Assembly (NCBI GenBank): GCA_028023455.1 | Contig: JAQFVV010000010.1 | Location: 13,888,001 to 13,952,000 of the forward strand | From: Epiperipatus broadwayi | Lineage: Eukaryota; Animalia; Onychophora | Length of the DNA: 64,000 nucleotides | Reading direction: 5' to 3' | Part shown: in pieces, positions 13,706-27,350 of the stretch | Layout of the letters: each line of letters opens with the position of its first letter | How positions within the stretch are numbered: position 1 is the stretch's first letter | Notes under the pieces: generated by a model | The model's database searches: none | Told to the model about the DNA's origin: nothing | What the model saw: the letters and a program-made list of their open reading frames with translations, nothing else | Position numbers and translations under genes: made by a program

Positions 13706-13996
13706 CCCATATATGTAAATAGAGGGATTTGAACCCCGGATTTTTTCAGTCTATTCATCCTCCATTATCTCGAGCAACCAATACACATGACCACACACAT
13801 GCGATAAAGATACATAAACCAAGCACTGATTGTATATATATATATGTGGGGGATTATGATCTGATCCAACTGATGAGTGCTGGTTATGTATGAAATACGT
13901 GTATTGGGGATAAAGTATCTTTTTCGCAAGTATGTGTGGTCATGTGTATCGATTGTTTGAGATAGAGTAGAGGATGAATAGACTTCTCTATTTACT
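13706..13996. mobile_element. Family B HHR-bearing repeat, head-to-head (locus B1)
   Basis: agtctattcatcctc...gataaagatac (13749-13813) is inverted relative to gtatc...gaggatgaatagact (13915-13985); HHR at 13866-13907. Confidence 0.75.
13866..13907 (+). ncRNA. Type I hammerhead ribozyme motif (family B)
   Basis: CCAA CTGATGA GTGC tggttat GTAT GAAA TACGTG TA TTGG: stem I CCAA/TTGG, full core, near-palindromic stem III, GUA triplet. Confidence 0.7.
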
Positions 13997-14648
13997 ATAT
14001 CTTATTAATAAATGTATGATAGATTTTATCTAAATCTGTGGGTTATTGTAATCACAGGACCTGAATAATTTTCATTGATTATAAACAAAATAATAAATCT
14101 AAAAATCAAAAATAATTTATTGAAAATGTAAATAAGCAGATTAATAATGAAAAAGTAAATATTATTAAGCTTGTAAGATATACCCCATGAGCATTTGCCG
14201 ATTGCTCAACAAGCTTTGTGATAAATGCTTAGCTGGAGAAAGCATTTAAAATCTCTATCAGGACCCCCCCCCCCAACCTCTGACCATGGTTTCATGCTTT
14301 GGTGCTCCTCAGAGAAGCGCTAGGGTAGCTTCAGACACTAGATCTAAAAATACCAACCCAAAGCCAGCATTTATCTAAAAGTTATCTATTGAGTGGAAAA
14401 TCTGAAAATTTTCAGACACTACATGTCTTCAAACCCAGCTATCCAACTCAAATAGCTATATGGGGCTGAGAGATCTTCAGCCATTCCATATATTAGTAGC
14501 CATAGCAATATAACATCACATAAGACTTAGGGCAGAGACTATAACTAGTCAAAATAAGAGTCATAGATCACATGACTCAATTATTAATTCAAACTTGTGA
14601 TTAATACCAAGGATTTTTTCTTACAATATTTTTCCTATATTTTGTTTT

Positions 14649-15302
14649 TAAAACAGACAAAACTCTCTATATGTATTGCCACTCCATGCAAGTCAGAGTA
14701 ATCAATTAATGCCAGAAGACTTGTGCATAAAATCCCCATCTAGTCCCTATTCATCCAATATCCCCAGACTAGTTTCTGGCTTGTGGCCTTTGTCAGTGAG
14801 GAGCCTTGGATCTGAGAGCACTGCACCTAGATCTTAGGATCCAATGCAACCCTCCAGCAGCCACCTTTTATCTATACTTAACTACAAAACCATGAGTCTT
14901 AAATTGAAAACTCTAATATTTTCAATTCAAGCTTATTAGCTTATATAGTCATATAGGTTTGAACTCAGTTCAGTACCATAACATTTTGGTGACTTTAGTT
15001 CTTTAATAATCATAGCCACCTAGGCAGGATTGGTTTTAAACCAATAAACATCACATGATCACCATTTCCTATGCTTTCTTATAACTTATTAAAACAGGCA
15101 AAACTCTCTATATGTATAGCCACAAGCCAGAAACTAGTCTGGGAATACTGGATGAATAGATACTAGATGGGGATTTTATGCACAAGTCTTCTGGCATTCA
15201 TTGATTATTCTGGCTTGCATGGAGTGGCAATACATATGGAGAGTTTTGCCTGTTTTAATAACAGTTATAAACAAGCATAAATAATGATGATCATGTGATG
15301 TT
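14649..15302. mobile_element. Family A head-to-head insertion (locus A2)
   Basis: Minus arm 14649-15116 (441-bp period; HHR 14761-14802), plus arm 15117-15302; exact 13-bp TSD tatattttgtttt at 14636-14648 and 15303-15315. Confidence 0.9.
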
Positions 15303-16120
15303 TATATTTTGTTTTCATTGCAATGAAGAGTGAAATTTTTTTCAAAAATTAACTTTAATATGGAACTATAGTATTTGGAATAATAATAGTGTACTCCAGA
15401 AGTAAAAATAAAAAGGCAGATTTTAAAAATACAAGTAAAAAACGTTATGGGGGTTTTGATTAAAATACGGAAATAAGATAGATTGTTTTATATGATAACA
15501 TTCATTAATTAAAATCTAAATCAAACATTCACTAATTAAAGTCTAAAATAAGGATTTACTAATTGAAGTAAAGTAACGATTTCTAATTAAAAACCAAAGT
15601 ACAATTAATTAATTAAAAGGACTGATAAGGATCAAGTGAAAGCAGAACAAAGGAGAAAAAGAAAGCGAAGCCGGGTAATTTTAAAAAACACATAATATTT
15701 TTTTTCCAGCTTGCTGTGTGACCGGAATGGGAATCTTTATATAGAGAAAGGGATATCCAAAAAAGGAGGTATAAGCCAGAACTAGCGGAGTCTGAAGGTT
15801 CCAAGATCTGTATAGGTAATTACAGATCTTCTCAATCTTATTATTATTTTTGTACACCTAAAATGGCTAATTTTAGAATACGGAATAATTAAAATATTAA
15901 TAGACTTTAAGAAGAGGTTTTGGCAAACCGGCCATCTTAGAATAGAACTGTTAGTGGGGAAATCGGACACGCGATTATGTATATAATTTCTTATATGTGT
16001 TATGAACTCAAAATTGTTATAAACTAAAATATAAATAAATTGCTGTATTCTGTTGTAGTAAAATTCTTTTTATTTATTTAATTTGTTACATGTGAATACA
16101 AAGCAAATTGGCGCAGTCGG

Positions 16121-16891
16121 TTGAACGAACTTGTAGATAAGAAAATGTCAATTGGACAGGGGGCAATATCTGAATTTAATGTAGAAAATCCAGGGGAAAG
16201 GCCATTATATAGAATTCAGTTGCAGAATTTTTTTAAGTTGAACAAAATTATGGACAATAGTAGAAAAGTGACAGCTTTATTATGTTTGTCAGGGACGAGA
16301 TTAATAGGAATAGTAAATAAGTTATTTGAGGGACCTATTTTGGACTCAGTCGAATATGAAGAAATAGTACAGAAAATAACAGATTATTTCCGCCCGCAAC
16401 CGTCTAAATTCATAGCAAGATTGGCATTGTGTAACAGAAGGCAAGAAAACAGTGAAAAAATAAAAGAGTATGACATAGCATTAAGGCAGTTGATAAAAGA
16501 CTGTCAATATGGAAATTATGGTGACCAAGCTTTATTAGATCAGTTGCTTTGGGGAATGGCAGATGAAAGGTTAAGACAAAACCTATTAACAGAATCAGAT
16601 TTGACTTATGAATTGGCGATCAAAAAGGGTAACACTTTTGAAGCAGTTTTAGAACAGGCTGCAGCATTTAGAAATAAGACCGAAGTAGAAAATAGAGCGA
16701 CTATATATAAAACGGAAAATAGTTTTACGCGTACAACATTGAAGGCAGACAGAGAAAAAAATGATGTATGGAAATGTTATTGTTGTGGAAAAACAGGGCA
16801 TGTAGCCAAGTACTGTCAATGGCGGAAGGAAAATTGTTATAACTGTGGGAATAAAGGTCACTTAGCGAAGGTTTGTAAGAAACCAAAATAA
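16121..16891 (+). CDS. gag: Gag-like protein with two CCHC zinc knuckles
   Basis: CYCCGKTGHVAKYC and CYNCGNKGHLAKVC; lies immediately after the PBS. True start is probably ATG 16145. Confidence 0.9.
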   Translation: MNELVDKKMSIGQGAISEFNVENPGERPLYRIQLQNFFKLNKIMDNSRKVTALLCLSGTRLIGIVNKLFEGPILDSVEYEEIVQKITDYFRPQPSKFIARLALCNRRQENSEKIKEYDIALRQLIKDCQYGNYGDQALLDQLLWGMADERLRQNLLTESDLTYELAIKKGNTFEAVLEQAAAFRNKTEVENRATIYKTENSFTRTTLKADREKNDVWKCYCCGKTGHVAKYCQWRKENCYNCGNKGHLAKVCKKPK

Positions 16892-16924
16892 AAAGAGAAA
16901 CTAGATACAGAAAACCGAAAAGAA

Positions 16925-17646
16925 GTGAAGTACAAGCAAGTTAATAGCACATCAGACAATACATGGCAAGACAAAAGCCAGTATGTACTAACAGTTATAA
17001 TAGGGAAGAAGGAAGTAGTAATGGAAGTCGACAGTGGATCTGGTATTTCTTTAATTTCAGAAAAAAATTGGAAAGAAATACATATAAAAGACCAGTCGCT
17101 AGAAATGTCTTAAGTCAACATGTTCAATTCATGGCCTGCCAGAAGTTATCATAATGGACAATGGAGCTGTTTTTTGCAAGCGATGAACTTAGACAGTTTT
17201 TTGATGCTGGGGGGATCCGTCACTTATACTCACCAGCATATCACCCGCAATCAAATGGATTGGCGGAGAATGCAATTCGGCAAGTGAAGATGTTTCTGAA
17301 GAAAATGAACACTACTAATATGGATTTACAGGAAAAATTACAGGGATTTATGTTAACCCAGCATACTACTCCATCGATGATTACGGGAAAAATGTCAGCA
17401 GAATTGATGCTTGGATGGAAATTACAAATACAATTAGCAGTTCTGAAACCAACTGAAATGAAATATACACGAGATGTGCAATCATATAAAAACTTTAAAA
17501 TGGGAGAACCAGTCTGGGTTCGAGATGTCATACAGAAAACATGGATTAAAGGAACAATTGGACAAAATATATCGACACAAATATATGTAGTGGAAGGGGA
17601 AAATGGTAACAAATATAGAAGGCACATCAACCACTTAAGAAAATGA
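16925..17646 (+). pseudogene. pol: Truncated pol: aspartic protease N-terminus fused to integrase core/C-terminus; RT and RNase H deleted
   Basis: EVDSGSGISLIS protease motif; from ~17130 SIHGLPEVIIMDNG followed by GIRHLYSPAYHPQSNGLAE (integrase second D and E); only ~700 bp in total. Confidence 0.9.
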
Positions 17647-19666
17647 GAATTAGATCAAGTCCCACTGGAGTTTTGGCAGAATTTGAACAGCAACAAGACA
17701 TAGGAAAATGAAAGAAATATAGAAAAGAAATCAGAAAAACAATATGCAGGGGAGGAACACAAAGATGTTATAATGGAAGAACTTCGACCAGAAGCACGGA
17801 AGAGCAAATCACCCAGGCCGCTTAGAATTAAAAGGAAATCAGAAAGGTTTAAAGATTATGTGTAAGTGACATTTATATTGCTGGAGTAAGGGGAGGAATT
17901 ATAGTATTTGGAATAATAATAATAATAATAGTGTACTCCAGAAGTAAAAATAAAAAGGCAGATTTTAAAAATACAAGTAAAAAACGTTATGGGGGTTTTG
18001 ATTAAAATACGGAAATAAGATAGATTGTTTTATATGATAACATTCATTAATTAAAATCTAAATCAAACAAACATTCACTAATTAAAGTCTAAAATAAGGA
18101 TTTACTAATTGAAGTAAAGTAACGATTTCTAATTAAAAACGAAAGTACAATTAATTAATTAAAAGGACTGATAAGGATCAAGCGAAAGCAGAACAAAGGA
18201 GAAAAAGAAAGCGAAGCCGGGTAATTTTAAAAAATACATATTTTTTTTCCAGCTTGCTGTGTGACTGGAGTGGGAATCTTTATATAGAGAAAGGGATATA
18301 CGAACAACGGAGGTATAATCCAGAACTAGCGGAGTCTGAAGGTTCCAAGATCCGTATAGGTAATTACAGATCTTCTCAATCTTATAATTATTTTTGTACG
18401 CCTAAAATGGCTAATTTTAGAATACAGAATAATTAAAATATTAATAGACTTTAAGAAGAGGTTTTGGCAAACCGGCCATCTTAGAATAGAACTGTTAGTG
18501 GGGAAATCGGACACGCGATTATGTATATAATTTCTTATATGTGTTATGAATTCAAAATTGTTATAAACTAAAATATAAATAAATTGCTGTATTCTATTTG
18601 TAGTAAAATTCTTTTTATTTATTTAATTTGTTACATGTGAATACAAAGCAGGAACTTGCAATTTTATCTATGAAACCTTAGAATTCTACAGAATTCAAGC
18701 TGGAAACCATGGATTTAATCCCTGTACAGTATATAGCAATATTAAATTAAGCTCAAGACATAACATTAATTACACTTTACTGACTGATTAGAGTACAATA
18801 GAACAACAACTTAAATAACCCTGAATTACTTCAGTTCTCGTCTCTATAGTAAGCTTTTGATCAGAAAACTGCATGTGTTACAATGTTTCAGCAATGCATT
18901 GCGTTGCATGTTCTTTTTTTCATCATAATTATTATAGCAATATAATAAGATAGGTGTGTAATAGATTATATGAAGTGCTGAATTTCAACTATTTTAATTT
19001 ATGTATAGGGATGTAAGCTAATCCTTTAGCATAAGTCGGGACTCTTACATATTTTGAACATAAATATTACCATTGTCATTATGAAAAAATTAATAGCTAT
19101 ATGACTGATTTGAAACTAAGATAAATATTAATCACTTTTTATATGAGAAACTGAAATTGTTTTTAAAATATTTTATTATCAAACATGATTTTGCTAATAT
19201 GTTTAATAAATGAAAAACTAATTGTTTTAACACATATAGCATGTAATAAAATCTGTAATTTATATTATGCACTACCATGTATCTAAAAGGTTTACTGATT
19301 TCCAACTTGACACTACATGTAATTTTCTCTGCAACTAAAGATATCGCAAATATCTTGGAGCCTAATGTCAGATAATCTAATAAATATATAAAAATGGAGA
19401 TATATGTATATTTAGAACAATGTAACAACACTGTGAAAACAATAAAATAGTTTATGACTAGATACAGGTCAGCAAAATTTAAAAGAGATAGAATTAAAAG
19501 TGTTAATATTATGTCATGGTTAAAAAGAAATTTAAAAAATTAAAATAAAAGATCAATTTAGATTATGTGCAAAATGCACCTTGTGTATATATGTTTTAGT
19601 GACAACATACAGATATGAATTGTTTCAGTAGATCATTACTCTATTTGGAATGTTTATTAAATCCTT

Positions 19667-19836
19667 AAGTAATATTTACTAAGGCATTAAACCTCGAGAA
19701 TGCGTGCTTGAAAATGTGATGGTAGGGACCTCTACAGGTCTTAACCACAAACTTACGCTATGGAAGAAAAGAGGTCCCTACCTCTGCATTTTCAAGTGCA
19801 CATTCTTGAGGTTTAATGCCTTAGTAAAAATTACTT
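19667..19836. repeat. Fold-back with ~65-bp imperfect arms (MITE-like)
   Basis: gtaatatttactaaggcattaaacctcgagaatg...ggtagggacctct / agaggtccctacc...cattcttgaggtttaatgccttagtaaaaattac. Confidence 0.85.
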
Positions 19837-20519
19837 ACATAATCAATGTGCGTTAAATAAATTTATAATTACAACTTTAAATTCTTAACTTGAAACAGGG
19901 TGGAGTTAGTTGCTGTGCTGATAAAAACAGTCATAGCTGTATAAAATGCAATGATAAAATATTTACATAATTTTATTATGTGTGCTTACATATACTGTTG
20001 AACCAGAAATTTTAACTGTCAGTGAATAAAAATAAGTTTGTTATACCATATAAAATTTAGCTTACATAATTATGTATTTTAAATATATGAATCAAAGGAT
20101 TTAAAGTGTAAATTGAAAATAATAAATTACTTATTAAGTATATTCATAAATACTGTCTTAAATGCGTGTGAAAAAATAAATACTTGAAAAATTATATTTT
20201 TGTAAAATTACTGCAGAATCTAAGAGTAAAATATTTTGTAAGATAGATAATTTAAGAAAATGAGATGATTAAGTTTTGGTAAGCATGGTCAAAGATTGGG
20301 AAGATGTGAAGACTGGTTTGTACACTTAAATATATATATATTTGATCAAAGAATAACTTATTTGCTAAAGAACAAAGGTGTTTTTTAACCTATAGTAGTT
20401 GAGCTGAAATGTAATGGTGTTTGAAAAGTAAAGTCAGAAATGATTAAAAATATTTACACGACTTAGCATTCTAGCAGATTTGTGAAACAACCTGCTTATT
20501 ATCTGAGAAATAAACAGCA

Positions 20520-21580
20520 TTAAGATTATGGTATTTGTTAATTGTGAAAAGACATTTGATTCTATAAACATTTCTTCAGTGATTAAAGCATTGGATCATC
20601 AAGGTATGACCCATATTCTGAATAAGGTTTATAAAAATGCAACAACAACAACAATTAGATTACATAAAAATACTAAAAAGATTAACATTGACAAAGGTAT
20701 ATGACAAGATGACTTCATATATATCTAAAACTTTTACAGTAGTTTTGCAACAAATATTTTGTAGATTAAAATGGAAAAATAATGAAATAAAATTAGATTA
20801 TTTAAGTCAACTAGATTTTGAAGAATATGTAGTTATTTTTGCAAATAATACTTTAGAGCTTCTTTAGATGTTGTCAGAGTTATTATATGAAAGTAACAAT
20901 TAGGATTAAAGATAAATATTAAAAAGACAAAAGTAACATTCACTGGATTTTTTCATAAAAAGAAAATGATTAATAATGATGAGTTAGAAAAGAAACTACA
21001 AACATCTTGGTCAGATTATTACTACAGATGTAAACATAATAGATAAAATTAATCTTAGAATTTGACTGGGTTGGAGTGCTTTTGATAGAAATAACTTAAT
21101 ATTAAAAGAAATATGTCTAAGCATTTGAAAAGGGAGATTTTTTTTAAATGTGTTGCAGTTCTTAGTTACAAATCTGAGACTTGGACACTTAACAAACGAA
21201 CAATATAGAAACTTCAGACTACTCAAAGAAGTATGGAGAGATGCATGCTGAGAGTAACAACAAAAAGAGATCAAAAATGAAAGCCACAAGTCAGATAACA
21301 AATAGGTGTTACTGATATCATTGAAAGAATTAAGATACTGAAATGAAGTTGATCTGGACATATTGCTAGAACAAATGATAAGAGACAATTGCAATCTTAA
21401 ACAGGGTTTCAAAAGATTGTAAAAGACCTTGAAAGAGACCATGTGTGAGATGAATGGATGAAATAAGGAAGTATGCTTGTGTGATGTGGAGAAGAAAGGC
21501 TAGAGATTGGAAGAAGATGGATTAAACTTGGTGACTTTCATTCTGCAGTGAATGGACAATGGTTGAAAATGATAATGCTG
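20520..21580 (+). pseudogene. Degenerate 5'-truncated RTE-family LINE (RT C-terminal half)
   Basis: Similar to the reverse complement of 60980-62050 (e.g. tttgattctataaacatttcttcagtgattaaagcattggatcatcaagg; cagactactcaaagaagtatggagagatgcatg); many stops. Confidence 0.85.
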
Positions 21581-23559
21581 ATTTTGGACAAAATAACCAT
21601 CTGTAAGTCAATTATGCAAATATGCTAATGACAGCATCAATTATAGGGCTTTACAAGGTATCTATGATTAGTATGTGCACAAAATACCAAATTACGTTTT
21701 TGATAAGAAAAATAAATTCACTTTTTTTTCTTTGATTCTATATGTATTAAAATATGTAGTCAAATTCATTTTTTTACCTCTTGCAAAGTCTTGGGAGATC
21801 ATACAAAGTATTTGCTTGTGTGAATGAGAAATGCTAAGTTTTTTTCTTCAGAAAATTCATTCATATTATCATATTATGTAGAGAATAGAACGCATTCAAC
21901 ATACATGTTGATATTTCTAGATTAATAGGTAATACTTTAAGTTATTGAATATTCAAAGATAAAGGATCTATTTGGTGAGTGTGAATATGTCTACTAATAT
22001 GTATTCTTTTTTTTTGTAACAAACATTTAACATGATGATATTAATAAAATTATTATTGTTATTAAGAAAGTGTATTTTCTTTATTCCCAATTATTTATCT
22101 TTATACATTTTGTCACCATAATATACATTTAATTAATAAAATAGATGTATTGATTAGTGTCATAAATGTTTAGCTTTTTGCTTAGCTAGAAAGCAGTACT
22201 AATAAGAAAGGAGAATGTTTAATAACCTAGAAGAGTTCAAATATACATCTATATGGATGACTTTTAAATCTTGGAAATATTACCCATTTTAAGTAGATTC
22301 TACCTATTTAAGAATAAATGAACTATCTTTGGTAAGTGACTTTTAGCCAACCAAAATAGAATTGAATTATAGGTAAATGATGAATCTGTAACCATTACCA
22401 TCAAGGTAATAAATTGAAATATACTTACAAATGTAATGGTATATGGACTGATCATAATAATTATTATGTAGCCATGGAATTAAAATAATGTCTTTAAACC
22501 CCATGACCAATACCTCTTAACATTAAGCAATTTAATATCATAACATAAAGACATGACTATAATAAATATATTTAACTAGGACTTATTTTGAGGCCTTTCT
22601 GTCTCCTGTAACATAATTTGGCACCTAATATAAAGTTCAATGTAAAGTGCATAAATATTAATGGAACATTGAACCATATAAAATCCTTAAGTTAAAGAAA
22701 TCATTATATATAAAATAAATGAAAAGAGAGTTGTATACAAACATTGAGTAAAATATGAAAAATAGGCAATAGTTGTATGTCAGAATAAATCATCAAAATA
22801 AAGTAGATTAAATAAAATAGTTATAAGACAAATTAATTAAAATAGAATAGGGTAAATTAAATAGGATAGAATAATATGGAAACAACTAGAATCAAATAAC
22901 GGTAATAGACATCCAATGTGAAAGATAGGACTGCATGGTAAAGACAATGAATAGCATTCAATGAAATGAAAGAATAAAAAATAAATGCAATTTAAAAATG
23001 CTGATCAACAAACAAATTACTATATTGATAAAAATGTTACAAAAAATAAATAAATGAGAAAGGAAATAAAAGCTAAAACAAATTATTTGTAAAAATTAAT
23101 GCATGTAATTAAAGAGTTTAAAGAAATGTGAAAAAAGATAACAAGACTGAAGTAAGCAAAAAAATGAAAAGACCAATTACACTTGATGTTACTACTGAAT
23201 GGAAAATAGATGTAAATAATGTAGATCACAGTTTATGAAGGTTGAAAGAAAGTCATCAAAGAAAATCACAAGATATTTAAAAAAAAACCATGAGGGTTAA
23301 AACTGTCACTCTGAGATTTAATTCAAACTCAAATTTAGGAGAAAAAAACATATTTCTAGACATCAATAATTTGATTTTTAAAAACAGACAACTCCAAAGA
23401 TGACAGAAACTTATCAGAATATAATGTTCACAGTGAATGTATTGTTCACTTAATAAAACATCTTAGAAGTGGAATACAGTTTGATGAAAATTAAGTTTTT
23501 AATTTTGCTGTTAGTCAAATACTTGAGTCTAATATTAATACTACATTTAGATGGTAAAA

Positions 23560-23950
23560 GCAAGAAAATACTGCAAACGTCCAAGTACTTACAAGTTTTA
23601 TGAAATCTAAATACAAATTTCAGATAGAGGAAAGGGAATGATTCCAATATTCACTTGATAAAACTTTTGTTATTTGGTCATCATACATAGGCAGACCACG
23701 TTTAAATTGAAGAACTACAATATATGTAATATATAACTTACTTTGTCAACATACTTAGACAATAGATTATGTGTTTGGATAATGGACTGAATTTGAAATA
23801 ATGTAATAATTCTGACTATTGTTTTAAATTAATAAAGCGGAAGATCGTAGAATAATAAGTTGGTGTTCCTCATAAATATATCTTGGAAAAATGAATGAAT
23901 AAATGTTAATAAGGGAAACCTTACTGCTAAAAGCAAGAAAAAAGAATATT
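23560..23950 (+). pseudogene. Highly degenerate Penelope-like GIY-YIG fragment
   Basis: Translations WSSYIGRPRLN*RT (~23675) and MLIRETLLLKARK (~23905) resemble the YIG and IKEAL segments of PLE endonucleases, in the expected order. Confidence 0.4.
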
Positions 23951-26054
23951 TCTATAAACATTTGTTTGAAAGATTATGGTTTGATTAAATATGTGTTAAC
24001 TTGAAGGATAATGCGATAGATTGTTTATTAATTAAAAATAGATATTTTCATTATGATAGTCATTTCAAACAGATTTGTTGTCCCAACTATCACCCATTGT
24101 CAGGGACAAAATTTATATGTTATACATTTACTTTGGTTTAAATTTAGTGTTAACCAGTATACTGTAAGCAAACAATAAAACCATCAACTGGATTCTGTAC
24201 ATTAGATAGTATTAAAATCATCTAACATTTTTTAATCGTTAAACTTTTTCCTCTTAATTTTTAATGTCTAATACGTTTTATCTGAAACATTTGTATTTAC
24301 TCCCTACAAAGCTTATAAGTGCTTGGGATTTGAATCCTTATTTCATTTTGGTCTTTTAATGTTCAATTAAACTAAATTTTATCTTATGAGCTGATAAACA
24401 TTAATGACATAAATGCTGTTCAATTTAAAGATATTAGATACAGGATAATAAAATTATCAGAGGATCCATTCGTAGACTTCTGATTTCTTTTATCCTACAT
24501 AGCTCAAAAAATGTTAAATAATCTCTGGAATAAAGAAAATATTTTAGCCTCATCTCAAATGAATCATTCTGAGCAGTATATTTTTAAGAAGTTCCAAAAT
24601 TTAAATGAGGTCTCCTAAAAAATTGTTGGACAGCAAGAAATTGATGTGTTCTTAGTAGATTATGGAAAGAAAGTCAAGAATCCATGTAACACTTATTTTC
24701 AGGTTTTTTGTTTTTTTTTTGGAGAGATTATGAAAAAAAGGTGATTAAAAATCTTGCTGAAAGTGTTTTGGAGGATTGTATATGCTGCACTTTTAAAGAT
24801 TGTTGGAGAAATATATTTCTGAGATGTTTGTTTATTAAAAGGCATTGACTTGTAGGTGTAATCTACATGTTATTTTTTCAAAAAATTATATTTCAAATAC
24901 CAAAAAAGCAATATATCCTTGAAATGTTCCTTCTGACAAGAAAGCTGTTGCCAAAATTCACTTTTTTAGATTGAAGTCATGATTTATGCAAGATTTCTTT
25001 CCTTATATTTTATCTGATGTTTCACCTTTAAATGATACTTAGTAAAAAATGCAAACCCATTGTAGTTTATTTACTATGAAGGTATGTATATACATATGTA
25101 ACTTTGTAGTATTTCATTCACAATTACATGATTCCAAAAGATTATCAGAGATGGATCATACCAACATTGTTTGGTATGAAATTAATCAATGATTGAAGAT
25201 GTGTATTCATCAAATTTTCTCTCATAAGGACTGGAGATATCTTTGATGATGAAATTTTCTCTTCTTTAATGGATAATCAAGAAGAAAATATGTCACTTTT
25301 AAGACAAGTTGAATTGTCAAATATTTGACAAGAAAAGCATTATAACTTTGACATATGGGATTGACCCAAAGGATAATATTAAAGAAAATACATACTTAGC
25401 TAATAAGACTAAAGCATATGTGTATGCGCGCATGCGTATGTCCAATAAAAACAAAATCATGTGAAATCAGGAAAGCTATAGAAACATAATCAATTTTTTT
25501 CCTTATTTACCAGGAGAAATGGGATATTATGATTATTAAGAAAAGTCTCAACAGCCTTAAGAGAAAATAGCTTATGGTTAAATGTAGATTACTAAGGTTT
25601 AAAAACATGTAGAAGTAGGCATGTTGTATTATTGGATAATATCTATTAAAAAAAAGGTTAATGAAGGAAAATAAATATTCAATCCATTTAAATTATATGC
25701 AGTATGTGTTATGCATAGATGTTATAGAGCTAATGTGTAGATATGAATTAATGCAATAACTCATAAATTTATCCAGAATGCTTATTAAATCTTTAATTTG
25801 AAATAGGAGAAGTGCTTGTTTTTGTTAAAACTTTTCAAGGTAAATGAAAGGCAAAAGTAATTTCAAGTGGATATTCACAAATACTGATAAAGTTCGAATA
25901 GGTGTGTGAAAACTGAGTAAAAATAAGCTTATTAAACAGTGTAAAAATTGATTTATATAATACATATTCTAACTACATAAATCAAAAGGTTACAGTGTAG
26001 GTGGAAAATAATGAATTGCACTTTGAATTGTTTATAAAATGCATAAATGGTCAG

Positions 26055-26164
26055 GCATTGTTAGCCGAGAGGTCAGCACAGCTTTCTGACAAGCAAGCAG
26101 TTGCTTGCAGACAGTTGTTGCAGGTTCGCCTACCGGCCGATGCTATGACATATGAAAAAAAAAA
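26055..26164 (+). mobile_element. Degenerate tRNA-Gly-derived short repeat
   Basis: gcattgttagccgagaggtcagcacagct...caggttcgcctaccggccgatgc, then ctatgacatatg and an A-run, as at 49874. Confidence 0.55.
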
Positions 26165-26239
26165 GTATAAATAAATAAATATTGTCTTAAAGACACCATC
26201 ATTTCAAACATTATTAATAAAAATGAATGTTTTATTCAA

Positions 26240-26750
26240 TTTTTCCAATTTATAGCTTTCCTTAACTTCTTACTAATACTTATTTTAACCATCCATTTCT
26301 CATGTGTTCATTTTTTAGATCTTTTACAATCTATTAGAAATCAATTCATCTACTGTAATCTATTATCATCTCTTCTAGAAATATGTCCAGGACAGCTCCA
26401 TTTAGTCTCTTAATTATTTTAATGATATCACTAATATCTGTTTGTTCCTCTCACTCATATATTTTACTTAAAATTCATTCATATTATTCTCAACATATAT
26501 ATTCAAATTTCATTGAGTGATCTGAATTCTTTGTTTTTCTGCTAAATGACCAAATCTCAGTTCTATATGGCAAACCTTTCCTTTTCAAACACAGGTGCAT
26601 GTCCTTTTTCATTATTTCTACCAAAAGCACTTGATCTAAATTTTATCACATTCATTTGATATCTCTGTCAATTCTTCCCGAGACTCTGAAACAGTATTTG
26701 CAAAAACAACTACATTATCTGAAAAATCTAAATGACTTATTTTTAGTTCA
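26240..26750 (-). pseudogene. Degenerate 3' fragment of the RTE-family LINE
   Basis: gcaaaaacaactacattatctgaaaaatctaaatgactta and aatatgtccagg match the 61000-61760 region. Confidence 0.75.
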
Positions 26751-27159
26751 CAAATAGTTCTCGTCTAGTAAGACATCAAATATGCAGTTGATATGTCCAT
26801 CCCTATGATTCCCACAGAGTACTCTGGATACCAACATGGCAAGGCTTCTGTATTTCAAAATGTCATTGCATTAATCATAGAACTCTTATTCATAGACCAA
26901 GAATCTGGAATCATGATGTGAATATTTCTTAGTTTTACATTTAACCTACATTTGATTTGATTTTTAAAGCCCTATCACATTCTAATTCTAATAGGGACTA
27001 TCTACACTTTTTTAATTGCAGTTTTTGTAATAATAACTATCTTCACTGAATTGGTAGCACTTTGTCTGACAATACGTTTTACAACTGAATTTTACTTACT
27101 TTCAAATTCCTTATTTTTTCCATCAGTGACACCACTTTTCTGTTTTATTCTCTTGGGTC

Positions 27160-27350
27160 TTTAATATCTCTGTTTTTCTGTTTTATTGTCTTTAGTATTT
27201 CTAAATTGACTTCTTTATTTATCACAGTACTTTTTCCATAGCAGAAATTCACTTTAATATCTCTGTTTTTCTGTTTTATTGTTTTTAGTATTTCTAAATT
27301 GACTTCTTTATTTATCATAGTACTTTTTTCCATAGCAGAAATTCACTTCT
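27160..27350 (+). repeat. Tandem duplication, ~93-bp period
   Basis: ctttaatatctctgtttttctgttttattg occurs twice. Confidence 0.9.

Larger units (their letters stand above)
15367..18650 (+). mobile_element. Ty3/Gypsy LTR retrotransposon, internally deleted
   Basis: Near-identical LTRs 15367-16105 and 17900-18650; 5-bp TSD GGAAC (15362-15366, 18651-18655); PBS tggcgcagtcgg at 16109-16120; PPT aaggggagga at 17888-17897; gag, protease and integrase fragments. Confidence 0.95.
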
